Shown here: in pieces, positions 13,240-24,440 of the stretch | How positions within the stretch are numbered: position 1 is the stretch's first letter | Layout of the letters: the number at the start of each line of letters is the position of its first letter | NCBI GenBank assembly: GCA_963575745.1 | Contig: CAUYUJ010000273.1 | Coordinates: forward strand, 1-64,000 | Reading direction: 5' to 3' | DNA: 64,000 bases | Source of the DNA: Prorocentrum cordatum | Taxonomy: Eukaryota | The notes under the pieces: model-generated | The model's database searches: none | Told to the model about the DNA's origin: nothing | What the model saw: only the letters and a program-made list of their open reading frames with translations | Position numbers and translations under genes: made by a program

Positions 13240-14020
13240 ATTATTATCCTCAACAAGATCACCACCACCCGCACTACCATCATCATCAGCATCATCAGCA
13301 TCATCATCTTCCACCTCATCAGCATCATCCTCATCCTCGTTATGATCCTCATCCACATCCTCGGTATCATCCTCATCCTCATCCTCATCCTCATCCGCAT
13401 CATCAGCATCATCATCGTCGGCATCATCATAACCCTCGTCGTCGTCATCACCAGCAGCAGCATCATCATAATCATCAGCATCATCATCAGCAGCAGCAGC
13501 ATCAACATCGTCGGCATCATAATCATCATCATCATGATCCTCACAGTGATTAACACTATCACCATCATCGACTCCAGCACCAGCACCAGCACCATCACCA
13601 CCAGCCTCATCAGCATCATCATAATCACAGTCATCATGATCTGGTCATCATCATCAGCAGCAGCATCATCAACCTCAACATCTTCATCATCGTCAGCATC
13701 AGCATCCTCATCATCAGCATCATCATCAACATCATGACGATCCTCACTATCACCATCATCAGCATCATCATAATCAGCATTACCATCATCACCATCATCA
13801 TGAACATCAACATCACCGGCATCACCACCTACACCGTGACCATCATCATTACCATCACAAACACCATCATCATCACCCTCAGCATAAACATCAACATCAG
13901 CATCATCATCAGCACCTTCATCTTCATCATCAGCATCATCAGCATCATCATCACCATCGCCATCGTGGCCACTACCAGTCAAACTCAAACATCCTCATCA
14001 CCACCATCATCGCCATCATC
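13240..14020. repeat. Degenerate (CAT)n microsatellite
   Basis: Direct reading. Confidence 0.95.
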
Positions 14021-14161
14021 CTACGACTCCCAAACCGAAGGAAGGGGGAAGGTGATCAGAACAGGAAGGGCCGGCGGAAGCAGGATGGGGCACCAGCAGA
14101 GCAGGCTGCTCTGGCAGAATCCGCCCAGTCCAGCCCGCCTCCCCACCCGTTACCGTACAGA

Positions 14162-14420
14162 CCACTCCCCCCCGTCGCACACCCAGACGTGTCGTGTCGG
14201 CAGGGCGGGCCAGGCAGCACGCCTGACACCGCCTCGCCACTCACGACCCTGAAGCCTGGAGGTTGCGGCAGCTGCACGGGGGCTCGTCTTTGAAGTGGGG
14301 CGTTCGCCCTGGCGCCGCGCACGTGTGTTGAAACATGTCGCAACGGCCGCAACGGAAGGGGGTGGGTTCCAAAATGGTGCAGTCGCAAGGGCGCCGCGCA
14401 CCTTCGTTCAATTGCACAAC
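14162..14420 (+). mobile_element. Truncated family G copy (head plus array units)
   Basis: GTCGCACACCCAG...ACCCTGAAGC head followed by array units. Confidence 0.6.
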
Positions 14421-15052
14421 AAACGCCTGGGTGTGAAGTCAGAGTGGAGCTCTCGGCTCAGCTCCGCGCACTCTCGCCTCACACGCTGGCAACAAATGAG
14501 AGAAGGAAACAGCCGGGTCGTTCTCACCGCGGGGCCCTCGCCGGGTCGCCGCGCACATCCTGCTCAAAACGTCCAGGAAGTGATGAGATAGAAGGAGGCG
14601 TGTATTACATGGTGTTCTCTTCTTTGCGCCGCACGCATTCCCCTTTTACCAATGTGCAGCGCTTACAACGATGGATTACAACTCTTGTTCAGAAAAAGGG
14701 TTGTTGCTGTAGCGCCGTGCAAATTAGCCTCAATAGATTTGAACAGGTGCAAGGACTGAATGCGGATCCTTTCTCCAAATGGGTTTCTCGTTTCAGCGAC
14801 ACGCGAATTCGTGCGAACAGCTTGTAACAATTAGAAATATGGGGTCGCCTCCTTGTCAAAGTGGTGCTCGCGCTAGCGCCGCGCACATTCGCCCTGAACG
14901 CCTGCAATAGCTGCGAGGACAGAGGGGCAAGTCCTGCTCAAGATGTAGGTCTCGCTCAAGACGCCTCTGCTCAATGTCGCTGCCAAGAGGCTTGTCGTGA
15001 GTAGCAACTGCACAGATGGAGGGCACCTCCTGTTGAAAGCTGGGGCTCCACT

Positions 15053-15208
15053 TGAGTCTGGCCTGTCCTCCTAAACGGGGATGTTGGACTACAAAACAAA
15101 TACTACGAGCATGCCGCAAAATAATCGACAAATGCTCAAAACATCTTCCCCTGAATATGATTAACTATGTTTGAATATCCCTCCTGTATAGGGTCAGGCC
15201 CGACTTAA
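15053..15208. mobile_element. Family D MITE
   Basis: TTGAGTCTGGCCTGTCCTCCTA...TATAGGGTCAGGCCCGACTTAA inverted termini. Confidence 0.65.
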
Positions 15209-15517
15209 GACTACATTCCGAGGCGATCGGAATAGAAAAACAGGCCCCAGCTCGTGCAAAGTGGTACAAGCATGTACCACAGAATTAGAGCAACGGCTGG
15301 GAACTATCGGTTAAGATGTCCTCCAATCTCACAGCCAGAAATGCCAACACGTACATCAACTGCGCGGACGGAAGGCGGCGGTTCTTCAAGACGGTATCAT
15401 CGCTGGATGCACGAATAAACGTGGTACTCCTATCTCGTCGCATTCCGCAAGAGGAGGAGGAGGAGGCCGAGGAGGGGGAAAGCAAGACACCTCCTTATTC
15501 AAAACGGGGCTCCCGGC

Positions 15518-15585
15518 TGAACGGCACGCGCTCGGGGTGCTCGTCTATCAAGGGGGCGCGCTGCTTGTGGTGAGGCAGAAGGCCC
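15518..15585 (-). CDS. Candidate exon (GLLPHHKQRAPLIDEHPERVPF)
   Basis: ccccgcag|G acceptor and high GC3; weak GC donor; in phase with neighbouring candidates. Confidence 0.35.
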
Positions 15586-15981
15586 CTGCGGGGAGTCGTG
15601 CAGAGGGACCCTGGGACGGGTGAATTGCAGCATCGTTGGTGTTCACTAGGTCCCTTCCGGGCATGGATCCTCCTCCTCCTCCTCCTCCTCCTCCGCATCC
15701 TCGTCTGATGAAAAAAACTACACGCGCCAAAACTTTACGGAATGAACGGGGAAGGGCAAGGAGATGAAGGCCCTATGAGTACGGGTGCGGGTTGTCGGAC
15801 CCCCAAAGGGGGCTCCTGTTCGAGCAGGGGCCCCCATCTCACAACACACGCCCACAGACCCCACGCAACTCCAGCCCGAGAAATCGAGAAGTTGCATTGG
15901 TATTGGTGCTAGATGTCAGCTCATGGTGTTTTTCCTTCTCATCACCCTCCTGCGCATCAACCTCCTCATCCACCTCACCCA

Positions 15982-16022
<41 letters not shown>

Positions 16023-16716
16023 CTGGTTGCGTGATAATCGACCACTTAAAAAATGCTACCCATGTGGGATGTAAAATGGGCACGCTCTGTCGCGAGATTG
16101 CTTATGATAAACGACGTACTCATCGCGGAGCGGAGGGGGTGGCTGGGAAGGGGCATACCACTCCTGGACCACATGCTGCCCCGATGCGTGACCGCGCGAT
16201 CGCCACGGCCACCTCCAAAACCGCCCTGGAGGTCTGGTTCAGGGTCGGATGAGGACCGCTTTTACTGCCTCAGAAGAGCACCCGCTGCCGGCCCGGGCCC
16301 CCCTCGCCCCTTCCCCCCCCTCCCGGGCAACGCCCCCACTCGTCCTCCTGGCCAGCCTCCGGGGTGCCCTGTGGGCTATCCCTATAGCCGCTCCCGGACG
16401 GCGCCAGCCCGAAGCGTGGCGCTGCCGGCTCCGCCCTCCCCCCTGCCCTCCCCCCCCCCCTTGGCGACGCCCGCTGCTGCCCGGAGAGGAGAAGACGCTC
16501 TCGTGCCACGTAAAGATCTCTCGTAACGCCCGATCTTGCCCGGAACATGTTTCGGGAGCGGCCAAGAGGGGGGTGTCCAAGAGGGGGGTGTGCAAATCAT
16601 GAGCGGCGGCATGTGCGCGGCCCAGCCGGGGGGGGCCTGGGACGCGATGAAATAAGAAGAGGCGCCATCAGATCTGGGGAAATATCGTGACCCCCGCCAT
16701 GATATCCACCACCCCC

Positions 16717-16908
16717 TACGGCAGGTTCGTGTCGTGCCGACCCCAGCGTTGGTTTTTGACACCGCAAGAATCGTTCAACCTTGAACGATCGGCCGCTGCC
16801 GCAATGTCCGATCGTTCAACATCGATCGATTCTGGGTCGCCGGCGGCGTTCAACCTTGAACGTCCGCGCTGGGGTCGCCGCTGGTCGACACGACGCAAAC
16901 CTACCGTA
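16717..16908. mobile_element. TA-flanked MITE (TACGGCAGGTT...AAACCTACCGTA)
   Basis: Inverted termini; diverged sibling at ~20086-20279. Confidence 0.7.
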
Positions 16909-17104
16909 GTCATCACCCCCCTCTTCTCCGCCCCCGAATGTTTTTGTTTCCTCCCTCCCTCCCTTGCCGGGAACGCCCTCCGTCGCGGCCGCGGGCAGCC
17001 GGGCCCCCCACCTCGCCCCGTGCGCGCGCCCCGGCCGTGCGGGTGGTCACTCCCCCCGAGGCAGCGCGACCGCTGTCCGCGGGGGGCGCGGGGCCCCATG
17101 TGGG

Positions 17105-17985
17105 CTCCTCCTCCTCCTCCTCCTCCTCCTCCTCCTCCTCCTCCTCCACATCCTCCTCATCCTCCTCCTCCGCAGTATCCTCCTCTTCGTCCTCCTGTCC
17201 TTGCTCCTCCTCCTCCTCCTCCTCCTCCTCCTCCTCCTCCTCCTCCTCCTCCTCCTCCTCCTCCTCCTCCTCCTCTCCTCCTCCTCCTCTCCTCCTCCTC
17301 CTCCTCCTCCTCCTCCTCCTCCTCCTCCTCCTCCTCCTCCTCCTCCTCCTCCTCCTCCTCCTCCTCCTCCTCCTCCTCCTCCTCCTCCTCCTCCTCCTCT
17401 CCTCCTTCTCTTCGGGCGCTGATCTCTCAAACGCTGTTGCAGCCCAGCTCATGCGCATCGCCCCGTCCCTCCCATCAACACAGGGGGGGCGGAGGAAGGG
17501 GCAGCAGCACAAGGGCACAGTTCTGCAGCAGGGGTCGCCCCCCAGGCGTGCGCCGAGCGCGCTGGGCCGCCGACCTGGTGAGCAGCGCGGACCCCCAGCT
17601 CTGCGCACGGCGATACCGCCCCCCTCCCCCCCCCGCCCTCCTCTCCCCCTCCGCATCCTTCTCATCTTCTCTCAACGTCCTCCCCCTCCCTCCTTCTTCC
17701 CCCCCTTCCCTCCTCCTGCCTATCCCTCCTCCTCCTCCTCCTCCTCCTCCTCCTCCTCCTCCTCCTCCTCCTCCTCCTCCTCCTCCTCCTCCTCCTCCTC
17801 CTCCTCCTCCTCCTCCTCCTCCTCCTCCTCTTCCTCCTCCTCCTCTCCTCCTCCTCCTCCTCCGCCTCCTCCTCCTCCTCCTCCTCCGCCCTCCTCCTCC
17901 TCCTCCTCCTCCTCCTCCTCCTCCTCCTCCTCCTCCTCCTCCTCCTCCTCCTCCTCCTCCTCCTCCTCCTCCTCCTCCTCCTCCG
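17105..17985. repeat. Two long (CCT)n tracts with a unique spacer at ~17410-17620
   Basis: Direct reading. Confidence 0.95.
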
Positions 17986-18061
17986 TCCGTAGCCTTTGGC
18001 TCAAGACCTCCGGGCTCAAGCGCAAGCGGCCCCACGGCGCGTTGAACCATCTTGGCTCAAA
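17986..18061 (+). other. Dinoflagellate spliced-leader (DinoSL) relics, stacked
   Basis: 17986-18005 TCCGTAGCCTTTGGCTCAAG versus canonical DCCGTAGCCATTTTGGCTCAAG (2-nt deletion only); GGCTCAAG again at 18013-18020; CCATCTTGGCTCAAA at 18047-18061 (13/15 match to CCATTTTGGCTCAAG). Confidence 0.85.
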
Positions 18062-18860
18062 CTTGTCATGGAATCGCGCACCGCACTTCCACGGAGCGCT
18101 TGAGGGGCACCTTGGGAATCAAGGTTGGCTAGGCGGTGCAAATATGTTTCATCGTATTCATCTCATGGCTATGGGCATGCAGTTCTTCCATCTACTGCAC
18201 GTTACAGGGCCTGGGCTGGGACAGAACAAGCTGGAAGGTACTTCAAATTGGGCTGCTTGGGGTTTGGTCATTGTTCAAGGAGGTTCTGTGCAAGTTCCGT
18301 CCCAGGCCGAGGGGCTTCGAGCCCGTCTAAGCCCTTCACCACTCGGCCTGGGTGTTCCTGCTCTGGTACGGCTTCGAAAAGTTCCGTCCCAGGCCGAGGG
18401 ATGGGTTGGAGGCACGGGGGCTGCGAGCCCATCTACGCCCTTCACCCCTCGGCATGGGCGTATCATCTCTTTTCGCAGTGTGTGGAGCTCATGCTGTCAG
18501 AATCGCTGCTATATTTCTTGTCGGCCAGTGGCGAGGCTGTTTGTGGTTGAGACGATATCTTTCAAGATTGCCCAGTGATCCTTGGCTAGGTCCTTATAGA
18601 GTCGATGCCAGTTCAGCTTAGGCGCTGGTTACGTCAGAGTGGCTGTTGAGTTTGATGGCTTGGCTTCAGATCTTAATACGTCTATATCATCAGCTCTGCG
18701 ATTCGATGTGTTTGCTGGAAGCCTGTCTTGAAAGCTCCGATGAAAGGGAAGCTGCTCATCCTCCTCTACACCTTCCACCAGTACCAGTTGCACCCGTCTC
18801 CTTCGTCATCTGAGTGGTGTGACAAGTATAAATAATCATGACTGACTTCGTCATTTTACC
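17986..18860 (+). pseudogene. Retroposed SL-headed transcript (processed pseudogene or retroelement 5' region) inserted in a (CCT)n tract
   Basis: SL at the 5' edge, then ~850 bp of lower-GC unique sequence with no convincing ORF; CCT repeats on both sides; 3' boundary approximate. Confidence 0.5.
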
Positions 18861-18934
18861 ATCCCATCCCGTCCCATCCCTCCTCCTCCACCGCCTCCTC
18901 CTCTTCCTCATCATCCTCCGCAACTTTTCCTATA

Positions 18935-19612
18935 AGTAACTCCTCCTTGCCGCACCCCGAGGCCAATCGAAAGAGACGGCTGGGCGTGTCGCCCTCACTT
19001 TCTCACCACATGTGACCCTGAAGCTTAGAATTTTGCATCCGTTCCACTGATCGAGGGCGGGCCATATTTAACGTGGTTCTCGCCGTAGCGCCGCGCACAT
19101 TCGTTGAAAAATACCAGAGATTTAAGGATTGAGGGCGCGTCGTTTGCACAATGTGGCTCTCGCCTTAACGCCCTGCACATCCGCTGCAAAACATGTCACC
19201 GAATGAGGGCGGGTGGCTTCCAACATATCACTCTCGCCTTAGCGCCGCGCACATTCGTTTAAACAAGTGCAAGAGTTTCACGGATTCCCATGGTCAAACG
19301 TACCAGAAATGATGTTTTGGAAGAACTGAGGATTGTGAGGGCGCAACAGTTACGTTGATTCGCTGTGTTGAAGGCCCAGGAACGGTGTTCTGGCACGATT
19401 CTGGATCGTACAGACGCAACAGGCAAATATTCGAGTCGTGGCGTTCGAACCCTGCGAATAGTGTGTTGGCACGCTGCAGGGCCTTCCAACAGATCTTCCA
19501 ACCAGGCAGTTCCCTCACTGAAAAATGCATCTTTGCAGGGACCTCTGGAGAGGGAGCTTGGAGAGAATATTCTGCCCAACATCGTTGATGAGTCTTGAAC
19601 TTACACTGGCCC
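18935..19612 (+). mobile_element. Family G element
   Basis: Head, array and tail present; (CCT)n on both flanks. Confidence 0.8.
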
Positions 19613-19848
19613 CCCTCCTCACTCTCCTCCTCCTTCTCCTCCTCCTCCTCCTCCTCCTCCTCCTCCTCCTCCTCCTCCTCCTCCTCCTCCTCCTCCGCCT
19701 CCTCCTCCGCCTTCTCCTTCTCCTCCTCCTCCTCCAACTCCTCCTCCTCCTCCTCCTCCTCCTCCTCCTCCTCCTCCTCCTTTGGCTCCTCTTCGCGTCC
19801 TCTCCGGGAGATCGGAGGCTCGCGCGCGGCCCCGCCGGCGGCGGGGGC

Positions 19849-19874
19849 CTCCCGACGCGAGCAGCTTGCCCATC
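19849..19874 (-). CDS. Candidate micro-exon (DGQAARVG)
   Basis: gag|G acceptor and AG|gc donor; bridges the phase between 22246 and 15585; only 26 nt. Confidence 0.3.
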
Positions 19875-19921
19875 CTCGGCGGCGCTGGACGTCGGGGAGC
19901 AGACAACGACACACGATTGAC

Positions 19922-20084
19922 TTAACCAGCCTCGAACGTATCCCTATCCCTAAGATTGACACGCCAAAAGGCGATGACAATCTTAGGGATTCGCCCTCAA
20001 AACATAAGGGAATCCCTATGATTGGCATCGTGATGAGGAGGTGCCCAGCATAATCAGGGATAGGGATATGTTCCAGGCTGGTAA
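19922..20084. mobile_element. MITE with TIR ACCAGCCTCGAACGTATCCCTATCCCT
   Basis: Inverted arm AGGGATAGGGATATGTTCCAGGCTGGT; diverged sibling at ~32536-32697. Confidence 0.7.
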
Positions 20085-21143
20085 ACACGGTCGACTCGAG
20101 CCGCGATGTCGCGGGCGTAGTTTCTGACGCCGCGTGGGTCGTTCCACCCTGAACGATCGCGGCTTTCTCCGACGGCGCAGATCGAAGGACGTCGGCCGCT
20201 TCTAGGCCCCTGGCGGCATTCCGCCTCGAACGTCAGCGCCTGGGTCGCCGCCGCGTCAACGCGGCGCAAACCTGCCGTAAACAGAACGTTTGGAGGTCCG
20301 CTGGGATTTCTCGGATCGGCGCTGGGCCCCCCTGACGGGGCCTCCGGCGCCGCCCCTGGCGCGCTCCGCGCGTCAGGCAGGGGGGGGTACGGAGCCGATC
20401 CAAGAAATCCACGCGGAGCTCCGAAAGGTTACGTGTACGTATGCAGTTTTCCCGTTGTTCGAAGAACTCGCCGTCGCTCGGACGCTCATACCCCGTGTAT
20501 GTTTCTGGCTTCGCGCGCGCATTTTTTCGCAAGACGACCCGAAAGGCTCCTCGATGATCCTCGCCGAGAGAAAATGCACAGGTCCTGGCGATGCCAAAAG
20601 AATGGCAGAGCTGTCCGTCTCCTCTCTGACCCATCACAACGATGTCTCTGGTCAAACGATGCCCCCACAAGAGACCCAAACACTGACACCCACGGAGCTC
20701 GATTTGGCTTAGGGTGTGGGGATTATCTGGAATCTCATCGTGGGCCTCTGTCCCCAAGAAACCCAGGAGTCCTTGACAAAGGCAAGCGGTATAGTGGTAC
20801 ATGTCCACACAGTCTGTCACTCCTTCCTTTTGACACCACGCCTCTTTGACCAACCACCGACTTCTGATCTATTCGTGGCACTCCCTGTGGTTGGGTCTTG
20901 CTTCGAGTAGAGCACTTACTGCTCACGTCTTCCTCCATCCCCCACCTCATCCCATTTTTCTCCTCTCCTGACTCTCCGCGTCACCCGATTCCCTCGTCGT
21001 CTCCTCTCTCCGCTCGCTCCCCCTGCCCTGACTATCGCTGCCGCGCAGCTGCCTTTCGCCTTCTTGCGCCCCAGACGAGCCCAGCGAGGTAGTGGGCCAC
21101 GCGGATCAAAGACATCGCCTCAGATCAAAGGCCTTGCCTCTCC

Positions 21144-21483
21144 TTGTGATGTTGCTATCTACCTCAGCCTTGACCACCAGAAAGAATTTCGGGTGGTCAA
21201 GGCTGAGTGTCTTCACGTGTCGGGCCCTGGGAGGCGAGACTCGCTCGACACCGTTTCGATACGTTCCTGGGTGCTCGAACATATCTCTGGGATGCGATCC
21301 TCCAGTACGATGGGAGCAACGTAAGCCTTAGGTCCGGCATGTCCTCCTACTGACGGATTTTGGAGAAACAATGAAAAATGGTCCAGAAATGCTCCCAACA
21401 TAATGAAAAATAGCCGAGAACTTCGTCTCCAGACTATTGCTTGACTATTTTTGGACACTCCTCCTGTAGAGGCACCCGACTTG
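21144..21483. mobile_element. Family H element (reverse) followed by a family D MITE
   Basis: Homology to 47907-48098 (reverse complement) and to the family D termini. Confidence 0.65.
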
Positions 21484-21677
21484 ACGCGCAAGCCTCTTCC
21501 TGGGGTGCCGCCGGGCGCGACGCCGGGCCGCCGCCCTCCCCCCCGCCGCGCGGGCCGCACCGCAGCCTCGCGCCTCGAGGAGGAGGAGGAGGAGGAGGAA
21601 GAGGAGGAGGAGGAGGGAGGAGGAGGAGGAGGAAGAAGAGGGAGGAGGAGGAGGAGGAGGAGGAAGAAGGAAGGCGT

Positions 21678-21931
21678 TTCTGTATGTTCGGCGATGACGG
21701 GCGTCATGGGGGGGGGGAGGGGGGGGGGGGTATGACGTGACGCCCCCCCCCCGTTGATGTACACAGGCGTTGTGGTGCATATCGCCACCTACATGTTCGT
21801 GCTATCCGTTCTCCGTCATTCCTAACCATTCCCAGACGCCGCCGGCGCGAAACGTGACGTCATCGACCCCCTCCCCCCCCAGATGATTGCCGTCATCGGC
21901 CCAGGCGACGAACCACGAGCGACGACGACTA

Positions 21932-21962
<31 letters not shown>

Positions 21963-22165
21963 CGACGACGACGACGACGAAGACGACGACGACGACGACA
22001 ACGACGCCTGCGGACCCGACACCTATGCGGATTCCTACGCGGATCCCAATGTGCACGGCGGCAGTGCCCGGAGCGCACTCGGGGGGGGAGCGTTACGTCA
22101 AAGGGGGGGGGAGGGGGGGGGAGCGGGGGCCATGACGGCCGTCATGCCCCAAGCAGTAAAGAAAT
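21678..22165. mobile_element. TIR-bounded element with internal (GAC)n tract
   Basis: GGCGATGACGGGCGTCATGG ... CCATGACGGCCGTCATGCC and TGACGTGACGC...GCGTTACGTCA inverted pairs. Confidence 0.5.
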
Positions 22166-22245
22166 GGCCTCAAGAGGGAGGACGAAGAGGAGGAGGAGGA
22201 GGAGGAGGAGGAGGAGGAAGAACTGCCGGGCGCACGGCTTCTCAC

Positions 22246-22341
22246 CTCGCGGCCGCCCCCGCCGTCCTGCGCCCCCTCTCTGCGGCGGGCCCGGGCGCTC
22301 GAGGCCTCCTCGCCTCCCTGCGCCCCGGAGAGGCCCGGCGC
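22246..22341 (-). CDS. Exon (APGLSGAQGGEEASSARARRREGAQDGGGGRE)
   Basis: ag|G acceptor within the TSD, canonical GAG|gtgag donor, very high GC3, 96 nt. Confidence 0.65.
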
Positions 22342-22344
22342 CTC

Positions 22345-22571
22345 TGAGGGGGCTCCACCACAAGTTGGACGGCGGGGGAAGGAGGAGGACGAAGAGGAGG
22401 AGGAGGAGGAGGAGAAGGAGGAGGAGGAGGAGGAGACGAAGGAGTGGAGGAGGAGGAGGAGGAGGAGGAGGAGGATGAGGAGGAGGAGGAGGAGGAGGAG
22501 GAGGAGGAGGACCCCCTCCCCCTCCAACATATGTATGGTGGTGGTGGTGGTGGTGGAAACCAGGCCCATCA
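22345..22571. mobile_element. Family B MITE with (GGA)n core; Introner-like, forms candidate intron 22342-22573
   Basis: TGA...CCCATCA termini; 5-bp TSD GCCTC at 22340-22344 and 22572-22576 (GAGGC on minus = AG|GC). Confidence 0.8.
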
Positions 22572-22573
22572 GC

Positions 22574-22726
22574 CTCAGCATTCCCGGGTGCTGCCCGGCG
22601 TGCCGCCAGCATCACTACGGCGATCGGGGGTCGACGCGTTGCCCCGGCGACGTTCGGGTCGTGCCTCGGGCCTCCCGCGGCCGCTCGGCGCGGTCCGTGG
22701 CGAATCGAGCCCAGAGTACTGTCGAG
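22574..22726 (-). CDS. Exon (LDSTLGSIRHGPRRAAAGGPRHDPNVAGATRRPPIAVVMLAARRAAPGNAE); 5' boundary and frame less certain
   Basis: ccccccag acceptor after a pyrimidine tract; GAG|gc donor in the TSD; 153 nt in frame with 22246-22341. Confidence 0.5.
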
Positions 22727-22777
22727 CTGGGGGGGGGGGAGGAGGAGGAGGAGGACGGAGGAGGAGGAGGAGGAGGG

Positions 22778-22877
22778 NNNNNNNNNNNNNNNNNNNNNNN
22801 NNNNNNNNNNNNNNNNNNNNNNNNNNNNNNNNNNNNNNNNNNNNNNNNNNNNNNNNNNNNNNNNNNNNNNNNNNNNN
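22778..22877. other. Assembly gap (100 N)
   Basis: Run of n. Confidence 1.
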
Positions 22878-22969
22878 AGAAATATCAGCAGGAGGTTAAA
22901 AGGACAGGGAGGGATAGTGGCAGGGGAGCACGGCGTGTGAAGCCATGACGAGATCACCCGGGAGCTTCG

Positions 22970-23207
22970 CGGGCCCTGGAAACAACGGGGCCGTTGCTTT
23001 ATCGCCTCAGTCTTGCAACTTTCTTGCCAGCTCCGACAACGTTTGTCTGCTGGTTTCGTCGCCGACTTCTCTCGGGCTCCGGCTCCGGCTCCAGTCCCAG
23101 AGCCGTTTGTTTGCCGTTTCCGGTCGCCGTTGTGTTGCCGCTTCCAGTCTCAAAAGACACTTTTCCAGAAACGATGGAAAAAACGGCCCTGCCGCCTCCG
23201 GAGCCCA
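22970..23207. mobile_element. Family M MITE (TIR GGGCCCYGGAAACRRCAGGGCCGTT)
   Basis: Reverse-complement homolog of 51768-52005. Confidence 0.7.
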
Positions 23208-23237
23208 CGAAGCCCTGGAGCCCATGCCAATGCCGAC
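23196..23237 (-). CDS. Candidate exon (VGIGMGSRASWAPE)
   Basis: ttgag|G acceptor and GAG|gc donor, 42 nt, phase 0-0; its 3' end overlaps the family M TIR. Confidence 0.35.
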
Positions 23238-23509
23238 CTCAAAGTGCCAGCACCCACGATACACACGCGCGACTGCGCGCACCCTGGAAGAGTTAGGGTC
23301 TGGATAGTTTCAATGCGAACTGTGACGCCAGCCTGCAGGCGGGGCGCGTCTGGAGGAGGAGGGGGGTGAAGGCTTGGAGAGTTCTTTGCTGAACCAGAAG
23401 GGGCAACAAAGACAGCCGGCGAGGGCTCCTGCCTGAGACGGAGCCAAGGACAGCTCGGCACAGGCACAGTTGCAGCAGCTGCCCCCGCTGCCCGAGACAG
23501 AGGAACAGA

Positions 23510-23660
23510 TGGTGGGCGTGTTTTCCACCACCACTACCATAAGTGGGAGGGGGAGGGGGTCCTCCTCCTCCTCCTCCTCCTCCTCCTCGTCCTCCTCCTC
23601 CTTATCCTCTACCTCCTTCCTCCCTCCAACTTGTGGTGGTGGTGGAAAACAGGCCCATGA
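23510..23660. mobile_element. Family B MITE with (CCT)n core, perfect 5-bp TSD ACAGA
   Basis: ~40-bp TIRs; ACAGA at 23505-23509 and 23661-23665. Confidence 0.85.
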
Positions 23661-23807
23661 ACAGAAAGCTGCATCAACAGAGACTGCAGAGTTCCCACGG
23701 CGATTTCTGTTGGGCCGGCGCTGGGCCTCCCCGCCCCCTGCGCACGGAGCGCGGGGGGGGGGGGCGGCGACCCAGTGACATCCAATCCGCTCGGGCCTCA
23801 GAGAGTG

Positions 23808-23976
23808 TACACCCTGCGAAATGCTTAAGAAATCATGGGTTAAGAAATTCATCGTCTCAGAATTTGAATCAAAGCCCAGAATGTCTATTCAAATCTTGGG
23901 ATTTACATTGAAACATTAAGAATAATCGAGACTCTGGCCGAAAATGTAAATTTTCTTAAGCATCGCCTGAGGTGTA
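23808..23976 (+). mobile_element. Family E AT-rich TA-flanked MITE (Tc1/mariner-type ends)
   Basis: TA-CACCCTGCGAAATGCTTAAGAAA...TTTCTTAAGCATCGCCTGAGGTG-TA; copies at 37426 and 43802. Confidence 0.85.
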
Positions 23977-24440
23977 TGTTGCATACCGTGCATGATTGTT
24001 CCATCCTCCATGCCAAAGAGGGACACGGGTGCTGCACGATACACAGCGCTGCCATCGCGGTGAGACGCGCGCGGCTGGCCGCCGAAGGAGCCAGACCGGC
24101 AACCCTTGTCTGACACGGCGTTTGCTTGAGGGCAGGAAGCTCTGGGGCATAAAAAAATACAAGCGATTTACGAACGCAACGCTGCGATCAGTTGGGCCCG
24201 GGGGGAACAGCGGAGGGCGACGGCCCCATGAAGACGCAGCGTACCCGAAGCCCCAGGCGAAGACTGAGTGCGCCAGCCTCCCGACCGAGGCTGTGACGGC
24301 AGGCTCGGTAAGGAGGGGCCTCACGAACTTGGAAAAGGAGGCGGAAGATGGAAGGATTGGACTATGCGCTGCGGAGACGCCGCGTGATTGACGCACAAAC
24401 GCACACATCAAGATGACGCATGGCGGGCGAAGAAAGGTAG

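Noticed and set aside
16687..18578. 452-aa and 546-aa Pro/Ser/Leu-rich ORFs
   Set aside because: Open only because (CCT)n has no stops in any frame; they run through MITE and SL-insert sequence
23333..23432. Exon-like segment ctcag|G...CAG|gc (AGALAGCLCCPFWFSKELSK... or QEPSPAVF...)
   Set aside because: It has good splice sites, but its 100-nt length breaks the phase of the chain anchored by the Introner junction. Left out of the model; it could be an alternative exon, or indicate a missing exon or wrong frame.
23990..24400. Possible Tc1/IS630 transposase N-terminal remnant on the plus strand
   Set aside because: Only a vague resemblance (RGETR...VTAGSVRRGL); no DDE domain visible
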